From contig JADJVQ010000038.1 in assembly GCA_016710525.1 (NCBI GenBank), positions 13,986 to 45,985 of the forward strand: 32,000 nucleotides of DNA, given 5' to 3'. The notes under the pieces are model-generated. The model saw nothing but the letters and a program-made list of their open reading frames with translations, did not search any database and was not told the DNA's origin. The position numbers and the translations under genes were made by a program. Of the stretch, positions 10,621 to 19,595 are shown piece by piece (positions within the stretch are counted from its first letter, which is position 1; the number at the start of each line of letters is the position of its first letter). This DNA is from Burkholderiaceae bacterium. Its GTDB lineage: Bacteria > Pseudomonadota > Gammaproteobacteria > Burkholderiales > Burkholderiaceae_E.

Positions 10621-10834
10621 CCGGCTGCAAACCGGCTCTGTGTCCCAGCGCGGCCCGACGAACGGACCGGCGCGAACGATGAAAGCGTTTTACAGACCGA
10701 TCCGCGAAGCGGCTGTGAACAAGTTAACGGAAGGGCTGTCGTCCCACGCCTGCATGGGTTGGATAGACTGTGTCGGCCCCCGCAAGCATCAACTCCGACA
10801 GGCTTCGGGCGGCGCGCGAAGGACCCCGACTGCC

Positions 10835-12520
10835 ATGGCCGACACCCCCACTCCCAATGCCGCCGCTGAAACGCGCCCCCTGCGAACCGCCGCCACCGTG
10901 GTGGTCATGCGCGACTCGCCGTCAGGCATCGAGGTGCTGCTGCTGCGCCGCGCCGAGCGGGGCGACCACAGCAGCGGCGCCTGGGTATTCCCGGGCGGCG
11001 TGCTCGACGCGCAGGATCGCGACTGTGCGGCCTTCTGCGGCACCCTGGACGATGCGGCGGCCAGCGCCTCGATGGGCCTGACCGAAGGCGGCCTGGACTA
11101 CTACGTGGCCGCCATCCGCGAATGCTTCGAAGAGGCCGGCCTGCTGCTGGCCACCGGCGCCGATGGACACCTGCTGAACCTGGCGGGCGATATCGGCGCC
11201 GAGATGGGGCCCTGGCGCTCGCGGCTGCATCGGGGCGACGCCACCATGGCCCAGTTCTGCAGCCACTTCGGCCTGACGCTGGCCACCGACCGCCTCGCCT
11301 ACTTCAGCCGCTGGGTCACTCCGGCGATCCGGGCCAAGCGCTGGGATACCCGGTTCTTCTTTGCGATCGCGCCCACCGAACAGGAATCCGCCCACGACGA
11401 GATCGAACTGGTCGAGCAGCTCTGGCTGACACCGGCCGATGCGATCGCACGCAGCGAATCACTGAAGCTGCTCAATCCCACCCGCTACACGCTCGAAACC
11501 TTGTCCGGGTTCGCCACGACCGCCGAGATGATGGCGCATGCCCGCACGCCGCGAACGGTCGCGCTGCCCATGCCGCGCATCGCCGACGGACCCCAGGGCA
11601 TGCTGCCGGTCAGCGCCGATCAGTTCGCCTGGGCCGAGGTCGGCAAGCTCGATCCGCAAGGCCATGGCACGGCCTCCTATGCCATCGTGCCGGGGCGCGC
11701 GGTGCGCCTGTCCGATCGGGTGATCCGGGTCAGCGCCGACAACAGCGGCATGATGACCGGCCCGGGCACCAACACCTATCTGGTGGGCGGCGGGCCGCGC
11801 AACGAATGGGCGGTCATCGATCCGGGCCCCAGCCTCGCGCCGCACGTCGAGGCCATCCTGAAGGCCGCGCCGGGCCCGATCCGCTGGATCCTGGTCACGC
11901 ACACGCACCAGGACCATTCGCCGGCGGCCAATGAACTGCGCGAGCGCACCGGAGCCCAGGTGCTGGGCCGCATCGCCAACTATCCCCAGAATCAGGATCC
12001 GGCCTTCAAGCCCGATCGCATCCTGGCACACGGCGAGCGCCTCGCCATCGACCAGGACACGACGCTCGCCGTGTTCCACACGCCCGGGCATGCGTCCAAT
12101 CACCTGTGCTACCTGCTCGAACAGGAGCAGATGCTGTTCACCGGCGACCATGTGATGCAGACATCCACGGTCGTCATCGGCCCCCCCGATGGCGACATGG
12201 CCGCCTATCTCGAGTCGCTGCGCGCGCTGCTCAAGGTCGAGCTGAGCTGGTTCGCCCCCGGGCATGGGTTCCTGATGGCGCAGCCGCACAAGGCGCTCGA
12301 AGGCATCGTCGCGCACCGGCTGCGCCGCGAGGCCAAGGTGCTGGAGGCGGTGACCGAACTGGCCGGCGCCGATACCGACGCGCTGCTGGCGCGCGTCTAC
12401 GACGACGTGAAGCCGGGCCTGCATCCGGTCGCGCGTCGCTCGCTGACCGCCCATCTGCAAAAGCTCGTGGCCGACGGACGCGTGCGCCACGACAACGACC
12501 GCTGGAGCGCGGCCGGCTGA
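10835..12520 (+). CDS. Fusion of Nudix hydrolase domain (N-terminal) and metallo-beta-lactamase-fold hydrolase (C-terminal)
   Basis: Nudix part: VVVMRDSPSGIEVLLLRRAERGDHSSGAWVFPGGV...AAIRECFEEAGLLLATG. MBL part: MMTGPGTNTYLVGG...WILVTHTHQDHSPAANELRERTGA...FHTPGHASNHLCYLLEQEQMLFTGDHVM. Confidence 0.9.
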   Translation: MADTPTPNAAAETRPLRTAATVVVMRDSPSGIEVLLLRRAERGDHSSGAWVFPGGVLDAQDRDCAAFCGTLDDAAASASMGLTEGGLDYYVAAIRECFEEAGLLLATGADGHLLNLAGDIGAEMGPWRSRLHRGDATMAQFCSHFGLTLATDRLAYFSRWVTPAIRAKRWDTRFFFAIAPTEQESAHDEIELVEQLWLTPADAIARSESLKLLNPTRYTLETLSGFATTAEMMAHARTPRTVALPMPRIADGPQGMLPVSADQFAWAEVGKLDPQGHGTASYAIVPGRAVRLSDRVIRVSADNSGMMTGPGTNTYLVGGGPRNEWAVIDPGPSLAPHVEAILKAAPGPIRWILVTHTHQDHSPAANELRERTGAQVLGRIANYPQNQDPAFKPDRILAHGERLAIDQDTTLAVFHTPGHASNHLCYLLEQEQMLFTGDHVMQTSTVVIGPPDGDMAAYLESLRALLKVELSWFAPGHGFLMAQPHKALEGIVAHRLRREAKVLEAVTELAGADTDALLARVYDDVKPGLHPVARRSLTAHLQKLVADGRVRHDNDRWSAAG

Positions 12521-12535
12521 GCCGGGCCGTCGCGG

Positions 12536-12573
12536 TCGGCGATCGGCGGTCGGCGGTCGGCGGTCGGCGGTCG
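12536..12573. repeat. 7-bp tandem repeat (TCGGCGG), about 5 copies
   Basis: TCGGCGA TCGGCGG TCGGCGG TCGGCGG TCGGCGG TCG read directly between the convergent genes at 12520 and 12577. Confidence 0.95.
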
Positions 12574-12576
12574 CGA

Positions 12577-13185
12577 CTACGAAAGCCTTGCCCGCCAGCT
12601 CAGTTCCAGCACACAGGCCGGCGCCCCGGTGGCCTCGCAGGCCGTTTCGATCACTCGGCTCTCGGGGTGCACCAGCGATCTGAACAGGTGCTCGAAGGTG
12701 GCGGCGTAATAGTCGCAAACAGGCACCTGGCTGGCCACGCCGCGGCACAGCGGGTTGCCGGTGATCGTCAGGACCACCGGCTGCCCATAGCGCGCCTCGA
12801 ACCGGCCGCTGCCGGCAAAGGTCCAGGCATGGCGGCCGATCGCCCGCAGCAGCACGCGGGCGGCCAGAGCGGCCGGCATGCGCCGCAGCAGCGCCTGCAA
12901 GAGGCGCGGGATGCGGTTGGCGAGCAGGTACTCGGCCGTGCGCCTGCCGGCGTCGCGAAAGACCCGGCGGGCCGCGCCGGGCCCCAGGTTGGCCCGCACG
13001 CTGCGATGCAGGCGCGCAACCTCGAGCTCATCGACCATGCGCGCGGGCGGTGCGTCGAAGTAGCCGGCCAGCCCGGCCAGCCGGAACAGGTGGCGCGCGC
13101 TCGCTTCGCCCGGGCCCGCGACCAGGGCATGGGCCACCTGGATCAGGGCGTTGGGCCCGATCCGGGCACCCGCCAGCGCGCTCAT
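12577..13185 (-). CDS. bchJ: Bacteriochlorophyll 4-vinyl reductase-like, V4R-domain protein (BchJ)
   Basis: [21 protein letters not shown]...[51 protein letters not shown]...GNPLCRG...[17 protein letters not shown]: BchJ/V4R pattern; overlaps the bchE stop by 4 bp (ATGA). Confidence 0.85.
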   Translation of the reverse strand: MSALAGARIGPNALIQVAHALVAGPGEASARHLFRLAGLAGYFDAPPARMVDELEVARLHRSVRANLGPGAARRVFRDAGRRTAEYLLANRIPRLLQALLRRMPAALAARVLLRAIGRHAWTFAGSGRFEARYGQPVVLTITGNPLCRGVASQVPVCDYYAATFEHLFRSLVHPESRVIETACEATGAPACVLELSWRARLS

Positions 13186-14831
13186 CGCACCGGGCCGGTC
13201 GCGTCGACGGCGGTCTCCTCAGCCAGCTGCAGGTCGCCGCCGCCGCAGGCCTTGGCGGCCGCCGCCGCCGCGATCTCTTCGCCTTTTCGGCGGGCAATCT
13301 TGGGTCCATGCATCGTCACCCAGCCGTCGTCGCTGGCGATCGACTCGGTCCCGCTGCCCAGCCGTCGCGACGCATCGAAGCCGAAGTCGACGTTCTTCTT
13401 GGACTGCGGTCCCCAGTAGCCGACCCGCCCGAGGTCATAGAACTTGCGCTGAAACCCGCTCTTCACGAAGGCCTTCAGGCAGCCCAGCATGTAGCTGCGC
13501 TTGGCCTTGTCGCGGATCCACGGGTATTCCAGGAAGGTCTTGCGCATGTAGAACCGGCGGTAGTTGTTCATCACCCGGTCCAGCAGCTCGCTGCGGTCCA
13601 TCGCATCGGGCTTGATGATCGGCGTGACGAAGTTGTACTTGTCGAAGTCGAAGATCTCGACCTTGTCGCCCAGCTCGCGGAACAGATCCGAGAACGGCCA
13701 CGGCGTGTACATCGCCCAGTTGGCCATGTCGGGCTTCCAGTCCATCGCCATCTTGTAGGTTTCTTCGAGGGTCTCGGCGGTTTCGTTCTCGAGCCCGACG
13801 ATGAACTGCGCCTCGGCCACGATGCCGGCATTGCGCAGCAGCGTGATCGCCTTCTTGTTCTGGGCGATCGTGGTCTCCTTGTTGAACCGGTCCAGCTTGA
13901 GCTGCGCGGCGGCCTCGGTGCCCAGCGACACGTGGATCAGCCCGGCCTTGCGGAACAACGGCAGCAGGGCCTCGTCGCGCAGGATGTCGGTCACGCGGGT
14001 GTTGATGCCCCAGAGCACCGGCAGCTTGCGCTCGATCAGCTCCTCGCAGAAGGCGATGAATTTCTTGCGGTGGATCGTCGGCTCTTCGTCGGCCAGGATG
14101 AAAAAGCCCACCTGGTGGTCGCGCACCAGCGATTCGATCTCGTCGACCACCTTCTTGGGATCGCGCACCCGGTAATCGCGCCAGAACTTCCACTGGCTGC
14201 AGAAGCTGCAGGTGAAGGGGCAGCCCCGCGCGAAATTGGGGATGGCCACGCGCACCCCCATCGGGATGTACTGGTAATGGGCCCATTCCAGGATGCCCCA
14301 GTTGGGCTTGATCTTGTCCAGGTCTTCGATCGGCGGTTCGGCCGGCGTGGCCACCACCGTGTCATCGGCCAGATAGGCAATGCCGCGCACCTGCGAACGG
14401 TCGGCGGCCCAGCGGCCCTCGTCGATCGCCCTGACCAGGTTCAGGAAGACCTGTTCGCCCTCGCCGCGCACGACCACGTCGATCCATGGCGCCTCCTTGA
14501 GCACCTGCGGATACATGAACGTGCCATGGATGCCGCCCAGCACCGTCACCGCGTTCGGCGCCACTTCCTTGGCGATCTTCAGCAGGTTCTCGGCCGTGTA
14601 GATGGCCGGCGTGATGGCGGTGGCGCCGATGATGTCCGGGCCGAAGGCGACGATACGCTCGCGCACCTGGTCGTCGCTCAGATGGTGGGTCATCGCATCG
14701 ACGAAGAGCACCTCGGAGTACCCGCCCGCCTTCAGGTACCCGGTCAGGTACGCAACCCAGGCCGGAGGCCAGTTGCCGGCGATTTCAGCGCCCCCGGAGT
14801 GGTAGTTCGGGTGGATCAGCAGAATGCGCAT
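13182..14831 (-). CDS. bchE: Mg-protoporphyrin IX monomethyl ester anaerobic oxidative cyclase (B12-binding/radical SAM)
   Basis: [60 protein letters not shown]...; radical-SAM motif [33 protein letters not shown]; strongly BchE-like throughout. Confidence 0.95.
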   Translation of the reverse strand: MRILLIHPNYHSGGAEIAGNWPPAWVAYLTGYLKAGGYSEVLFVDAMTHHLSDDQVRERIVAFGPDIIGATAITPAIYTAENLLKIAKEVAPNAVTVLGGIHGTFMYPQVLKEAPWIDVVVRGEGEQVFLNLVRAIDEGRWAADRSQVRGIAYLADDTVVATPAEPPIEDLDKIKPNWGILEWAHYQYIPMGVRVAIPNFARGCPFTCSFCSQWKFWRDYRVRDPKKVVDEIESLVRDHQVGFFILADEEPTIHRKKFIAFCEELIERKLPVLWGINTRVTDILRDEALLPLFRKAGLIHVSLGTEAAAQLKLDRFNKETTIAQNKKAITLLRNAGIVAEAQFIVGLENETAETLEETYKMAMDWKPDMANWAMYTPWPFSDLFRELGDKVEIFDFDKYNFVTPIIKPDAMDRSELLDRVMNNYRRFYMRKTFLEYPWIRDKAKRSYMLGCLKAFVKSGFQRKFYDLGRVGYWGPQSKKNVDFGFDASRRLGSGTESIASDDGWVTMHGPKIARRKGEEIAAAAAAKACGGGDLQLAEETAVDATGPVR

Positions 14832-14884
14832 CGTTTGCCCCCGGTGTATCTGTTTGTTGTGTCCAGTTATCGTTACTCACGACA

Positions 14885-14902
14885 TGTCACTTTGCATTGA
14901 CA
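14885..14902 (-). promoter_or_regulatory. CrtJ/PpsR-type binding motif TGT-N12-ACA upstream of bchE
   Basis: TGTCACTTTGCATTGACA, exact TGT-N12-ACA, about 54-71 bp upstream of the bchE start. Confidence 0.7.
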
Positions 14903-15030
14903 TTTGTCGATCCAAGTTCCGACACCGGCAGGCTCGCCCGCCTTGCGCCACAATCCGCGATCGCCGTCCGCCCGGCCGCGGGTACTGCCGGGGCGGGCAG
15001 TTTCGTCCCGCACCCTTTCCTGGAGCTTCG

Positions 15031-16026
15031 ATGACCCGTCCCCTGGTGCTGCTGACCAATCCGATCGAGCCGCTCGAGCGGCTCCGCCTGGCCGAACACT
15101 GCGAGGTGATCGAGTTGGCCGCTGTCGACGCCGCCAGCGTGCTGGCGGGGGCTCGCGAGGCGCAGGCGATCATCGTCCGTGCGAACCTTCCCGAGGACAT
15201 CTTCGAACGCTGTCCGGGCGTGCTGGCCGCGGTGCGCCACGGCGCCGGCACCGACATGATTCCGGTGGAGCGGGCCACGGCAGCCGGCGTGATGGTCGCC
15301 AATGCGCCGGGCGCCAATGCGGTGACGGTGGCCGAGTACGCGGCCAGCCAGATGCTGCAGCTGTCGCGGCAGCTCGCCCGGATCGACCGGACCTTGCGCG
15401 AACAGGACTGGGCGCGCGCGCGGCTGATCTCCGATGGCGGCAGCGACCTGGCCGGACGCACGCTCGGGGTGATCGGTACCGGTGCGATCGGCAGTGCGCT
15501 GGGGCGCATTGCCGGGTTGGGCCTGTCGATGAACGTGCTCGGCCACCGCCGCAGTCCCGGCGCCCTGCCCGAGCCGATGCAGCGGGCCGGCCTGGAAGAA
15601 CTGCTGGAGCGCTCCGACTACGTCGCGCTGACCTGCCCGCTGACCGAACAGACGCGGGGTCTGATCGGCGCGGCGCAACTGGCGCGCATGAAGCCCGGTG
15701 CACGCCTGATCAATGTGTCACGGGGGCCGGTCGTCGACCAGGCTGCACTGGTCGAGGCGCTGCGCCGCGGCCATCTGGGCGGCGCGGCGCTCGATGTGTT
15801 CGAGACCCAGCCGCTGCCGGCGGACTCGCCGCTCTGGCACTTTCCCAACGTGCTGCTGTCGCCGCACATGGCGGGCATCACCGCCGACAGCATGCGCCGG
15901 ATGAGCCGCATGGTGGTCGACCAGACCCTGGAGATGCTGGCAGGACGTCCGCCCCGCCACTTCGTCAACCCCCTGGTCTGGCCGGACCGGCGGCCCAATC
16001 CGTTCGCGGCGCCGGGACCGGCCTGA
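15031..16026 (+). CDS. D-2-hydroxyacid dehydrogenase, NAD-binding
   Basis: GRTLGVIGTGAIGSALGRIAGLGLSMNVLGHRR...ARLINVSRGPVVDQAALVEAL...GGAALDVFETQPL...NVLLSPHMAGIT. Confidence 0.93.
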   Translation: MTRPLVLLTNPIEPLERLRLAEHCEVIELAAVDAASVLAGAREAQAIIVRANLPEDIFERCPGVLAAVRHGAGTDMIPVERATAAGVMVANAPGANAVTVAEYAASQMLQLSRQLARIDRTLREQDWARARLISDGGSDLAGRTLGVIGTGAIGSALGRIAGLGLSMNVLGHRRSPGALPEPMQRAGLEELLERSDYVALTCPLTEQTRGLIGAAQLARMKPGARLINVSRGPVVDQAALVEALRRGHLGGAALDVFETQPLPADSPLWHFPNVLLSPHMAGITADSMRRMSRMVVDQTLEMLAGRPPRHFVNPLVWPDRRPNPFAAPGPA

Positions 16027-16914
16027 TCAGGCCGCGGCGCTGCCCGAGCCCACCGGCAGGGCCTGCACGCATTCGGGACGGCCCGACCATTCCCAGGCCA
16101 GGCTGGTTCGGGACACGCCGAGCAGCAGGCCGTGCAGGTTCTTGGGATGGACCCACAGGCCTTCGCGTTCGGAGGCGATATCGCCACTGCGCGGGGTCAG
16201 GGTGGCCCCCGCGTCGAGCATGCGCGCCTTCAGGCCGTCGAAATCGTGGGTCTCGAGGTAGCACATGTACAGCGAGTCGCCGCCGCGCCGCTCGACGAAG
16301 CGGCGCATCGCGCCGGGCCGGTCGGCGAAGGTCTGGGAGAGTTCGATGCGATCCAGGCGCGCCGGCGGATCGAACAGCGTGAGCGTGCCCTCGTAGCCGA
16401 AGCGCTTGCTGGAAATCGGCGAGAACCGGCTGGCATCGAGCTTGAACATCGTCGCGTAACGCTGCGCCACCACCTGCCAGTCGGTGTCCAGGGTGTTGGT
16501 CGCCTCGTAGAAAAAGCTGACCGGACCGATCCGCGGCCGCTCGACGAGCGGCGAGATCACCATCGGAAACCCGAAGGTGCTGGTGCCCGGCAGGTGCAGG
16601 CGGCCATCCTCGCGCGCCAGCGGCACGCCGAGCTCATCCAGATGGGCGGCCAGCGCATCGAAGCGTGACGAGGCATACCCGGCCGCCAGCAGGCCTTCGC
16701 CCCAGCGGTCGATGAATTCCTGCACCGGCCCGGGACCGGCCGGTTCGCACAATTCGAGTTCGCTCTCGCCCAGGCGCATCACGAGGCGGTGGGCATTCAG
16801 GCAGGCGCTGCGGCTGTCGCGATCGGGCTGCGCGCCGAGCATCGAGGCGAAGGTGGCGGCGGCAAGGTTGCGGCTGCGAACCGCGATCAGCATTCGGTCG
16901 ACACGATCGAGCAT
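16027..16914 (-). CDS. VOC-family (glyoxalase/bleomycin resistance-like) protein
   Basis: MLDRVDRMLIAVRSRNLAAATFASMLGAQPDRDSR...MRLGESELELCEPAGPGPVQEFIDRWGEG: VOC-like pattern with a repeated domain. Confidence 0.75.
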   Translation of the reverse strand: MLDRVDRMLIAVRSRNLAAATFASMLGAQPDRDSRSACLNAHRLVMRLGESELELCEPAGPGPVQEFIDRWGEGLLAAGYASSRFDALAAHLDELGVPLAREDGRLHLPGTSTFGFPMVISPLVERPRIGPVSFFYEATNTLDTDWQVVAQRYATMFKLDASRFSPISSKRFGYEGTLTLFDPPARLDRIELSQTFADRPGAMRRFVERRGGDSLYMCYLETHDFDGLKARMLDAGATLTPRSGDIASEREGLWVHPKNLHGLLLGVSRTSLAWEWSGRPECVQALPVGSGSAAA

Positions 16915-16952
16915 GGCGGATCTCCGGAAAAGACAGTGAAATGCTCCTGCCC

Positions 16953-17924
16953 TCAGGGCAGGAGGTCGGACGAAGGCAGGCCGTCGCGCAGCAGCGAGGC
17001 CAGATCGGCATCGGCACCCAGCCCCAGCGCAGCGGCCCGATCGAAGGTGCAGGCCAGTGGCCAGGCACCGAACTGGGCGACGAGCCCGGGCGCCGGTGCG
17101 TCGGCGAACCGGACGCGCGCCGGCGCGCGGGCGTCCGATTGCGCCAGCGCCGCCACGATCTGCGCCACGCTGACGGCCAGCGCCGGCGCATTGACGGTGC
17201 GCACCGCGCCGATCGCCTCGCCAGGAAGATCGCCGAGGCGCAGCAGATTGTCGATCACCCGCGGCAGCGAACACAGCCAGGTGGTCGCCTGCGGGCCAAC
17301 CGGACAGGTGTAGGACCGGCCGGCCAGCGGCTCGCGGATGAGATCGCTGTTGAATCCCGACAGCGCGCCATTGGGCAGCGGCGGGCGCACCACCACGCCG
17401 GGCAGGCGCAGCGCGCGCCCGTCGATGAAACCGCGGCGCGTGTAGTCGTCGATCAGCAGTTCGATCACCCGCTTGTGTGCGCCGTAGCTCAGGGTCGGCA
17501 AGGCCGGCGTGTGATCGTCGATGCGCGCCGGCAGGGGCACACCGAACACCGCAATCGAGCTGGCGTAGACGAAGCGCACCCGCGGCCCGCCCGCCTGCGC
17601 CTGACGCCGGCAGCACTCGAGCAGGGCGAGCGTGGCTTCGAGATTGACCCGAAGACCGGCCTCGAAATCGGATTCCGCGGCACCGCTGACGATGCCGGCC
17701 AGATGAAAAAGGCGACCGACCGGGCGCGCGAACAGGCGCTGCTGGTGGCTCGCATCGGCCACGTTCCCGGCCAGGCTGCCCGGCCCGTCGATGACCTGGT
17801 CGGTGAGCAGCAGGCCGTCGGGTCCCAGGCGCGGATCGGCCCGCAGGGCCCGGGCCAGGGCGCGGCCGATGAAGCCGGCCGCTCCGGTGATTAGCACAAG
17901 GGTATCGGGCGCTGCCAGGCTCAT
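16953..17924 (-). CDS. NAD-dependent epimerase/dehydratase, D-erythronate dehydrogenase-like
   Basis: VLITGAAGFIGRALARAL...LFHLAGIVSGAAESDFEAGLRVNLEATLALLECCR...FVYASSIAVFG...SYGAHKRVIELLIDDYTRRGFIDGRALRLPGVVVRP. Confidence 0.85.
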   Translation of the reverse strand: MSLAAPDTLVLITGAAGFIGRALARALRADPRLGPDGLLLTDQVIDGPGSLAGNVADASHQQRLFARPVGRLFHLAGIVSGAAESDFEAGLRVNLEATLALLECCRRQAQAGGPRVRFVYASSIAVFGVPLPARIDDHTPALPTLSYGAHKRVIELLIDDYTRRGFIDGRALRLPGVVVRPPLPNGALSGFNSDLIREPLAGRSYTCPVGPQATTWLCSLPRVIDNLLRLGDLPGEAIGAVRTVNAPALAVSVAQIVAALAQSDARAPARVRFADAPAPGLVAQFGAWPLACTFDRAAALGLGADADLASLLRDGLPSSDLLP

Positions 17925-17936
17925 GTCCGGGCGTCT

Positions 17937-19124
17937 TTACGCACGCGAGGCAGAGCGGCCTCGGCCATCCGGCAGGCCCCAGGCGATGATCACGCCCAGC
18001 ACGTTGCCGGCAGCGGCGATCAGCACCGCGGTGCCGTACCCCTGCGTGCGATCGTAGAGCCATCCGGCCAGCACCGGCAGACTGACCGCGGCGATGCACC
18101 AGGCGATGTACAGCTGACTGGCCACGCGGCCGAACGAGTTCTTGTGCCAGTACTGGGCGATCGCACCAGCGGTGGTGCCGGAGATGAAACCGTAGCCCAT
18201 GCCGATCATCGTCAGCGCGGGAATGGCCACCCAGGGACCCGGCCACACGCTGAGCAGGATTGCCCCGGCCAGCGAAAACAGGTGCGCGAACACCGCCACG
18301 CGCGGCACCGCGAACCGGTCGACCATCCAGCCGCCGCCGATGCGCGCCGCGGCGATCGCACCGGTGATGAAGGTGGTCGCGCCGAGGGCCAGCATCGTCT
18401 GGCCGCCATAGGCCTGCACGATGCCGGCGGCCTGGCTCATCACCGTGAGGCCGGCCGCGGCGGCCAGGAAAAAGACCGAAAACAGGCGGGCGAAGATTGC
18501 CCAGCGGGGATTGTCGTCGACCGCCACGCCCGGCGTGCTGTCCTGCATGCGGATATCGGCCAGGCGCAGCAGCGCGGCGCTCAGCAGCGAGGCGCCCAGC
18601 ACCGTGGCCGCCAGCCCCGCCAGCGTGGGACGAAGTCCGTAGGCCACGATCGCCCAGCCGAACAGCGGCGCGCCGATCATCGCCCCCAGCGGGTACAGGC
18701 CGATCACATAGCCGTTGACCAGCCCGGTTTTGGTCTGCACGGTCTGGTTGACCCCCTGCTGCACGACGATGAAGGCCACGCCTCCACCCAGCCCGAACAG
18801 CAGCCCGTAGCCCACCATCAGCTCGAACAGACCGCTGGCGCGGGCCGTCAGCGCCAGTCCGACCGCGCTGAACGCGCCGGCCATTGCGATCAGCGTAAAC
18901 GGCGACAGGCGGCGGAACAGAAACGGCGCGAGGTTCATGCCCGCCGTCAGGCTGCAGGCGGCCAGCCCGAAGATCAGGGTCATGTCGGCACGGCTGATGC
19001 CCAGCATGGACTCCATCGGCTTCAGGAAAACACTGAATGCGTAGATGGTCCCGAACGGCAGGTTGATGGCGGTCGCGGCCGCGATCGCGGCAGCCGAACG
19101 CTGACCCGGCGTGAGGGCGCTCAA
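17937..19124 (-). CDS. MFS transporter (OFA/monocarboxylate-like)
   Basis: INLPFGTIYAFSVFLKPMESMLGISRADMTLIFGLAACSLTAGMN and repeated hydrophobic helices. Confidence 0.88.
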   Translation of the reverse strand: MSALTPGQRSAAAIAAATAINLPFGTIYAFSVFLKPMESMLGISRADMTLIFGLAACSLTAGMNLAPFLFRRLSPFTLIAMAGAFSAVGLALTARASGLFELMVGYGLLFGLGGGVAFIVVQQGVNQTVQTKTGLVNGYVIGLYPLGAMIGAPLFGWAIVAYGLRPTLAGLAATVLGASLLSAALLRLADIRMQDSTPGVAVDDNPRWAIFARLFSVFFLAAAAGLTVMSQAAGIVQAYGGQTMLALGATTFITGAIAAARIGGGWMVDRFAVPRVAVFAHLFSLAGAILLSVWPGPWVAIPALTMIGMGYGFISGTTAGAIAQYWHKNSFGRVASQLYIAWCIAAVSLPVLAGWLYDRTQGYGTAVLIAAAGNVLGVIIAWGLPDGRGRSASRA

Positions 19125-19202
19125 GCGGAGTAGGGGCGCGACGGCATCGCCCGATTATCGTCGATGTGCCGCATACGCGGACGGATCGGGCGGCCGGATC
19201 GA

Positions 19203-19224
19203 AACAGCCCGCCTCACGGCGGGC
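19203..19224 (-). terminator. Probable intrinsic terminator (minus strand)
   Basis: Perfect 7-bp stem GCCCGCC-GTGA-GGCGGGC (19224-19207) followed on the minus strand by TGTTTC, just after the Bug remnant. Confidence 0.6.
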
Positions 19225-19232
19225 CCTTCGGC

Positions 19233-19526
19233 TTATTCGGGCTGGATGCCCGCGTCCTTGATGCTGCGGCCCCACTGGCCATGCTGTTCGACAGCGAACT
19301 TCCTGAACTCCTCGACCGTGGACGGGAACGGCTCCAGCCCCAGGCCCATCATCCGCTCGCGGATCGCCGGCGTGGCCAGCACCTTGTTGACCGCCGCATT
19401 GAGCGTATTGACGATGGCCGGCGCGATCAGGCCGCCACACACGGCAAAGTTGTAACCTGGCACGGTCTCGCCCACGGGCGGCAGATCGGGCAGCAGCGCG
19501 AATACGGCTTTGCGCAACAACTTCAT
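19233..19526 (-). pseudogene. Tripartite tricarboxylate transporter substrate-binding (Bug/TctC) protein, internally deleted remnant
   Basis: MKLLRKAVFALL signal-peptide start joins directly to PDLPPVGETVPGYNFAVCGGLIAP..IVNTLNAAVNKVLATPAIRERMMGLGLEP...WGRSIKDAGIQPE, the typical TctC C-terminus. 97 aa against about 320 expected. Confidence 0.75.
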
Positions 19527-19595
19527 GTGTGTCTCCTGAGAGGGTCGCTCGCCGGGTCGCCACGATGGCGCCCGTTGAATCGCCCCGTAGTCTAC

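Noticed and set aside
10496-10834. N-terminal extension of the Nudix-MBL ORF (start at 10496)
   Set aside because: It would run through the antisense riboswitch region and has no homology-like features. ATG 10835 (MADTPTPNAAAETR) is the plausible start.
12536-12573. Considered as a CRISPR-like array
   Set aside because: 7-bp units with no spacers; a simple tandem repeat.
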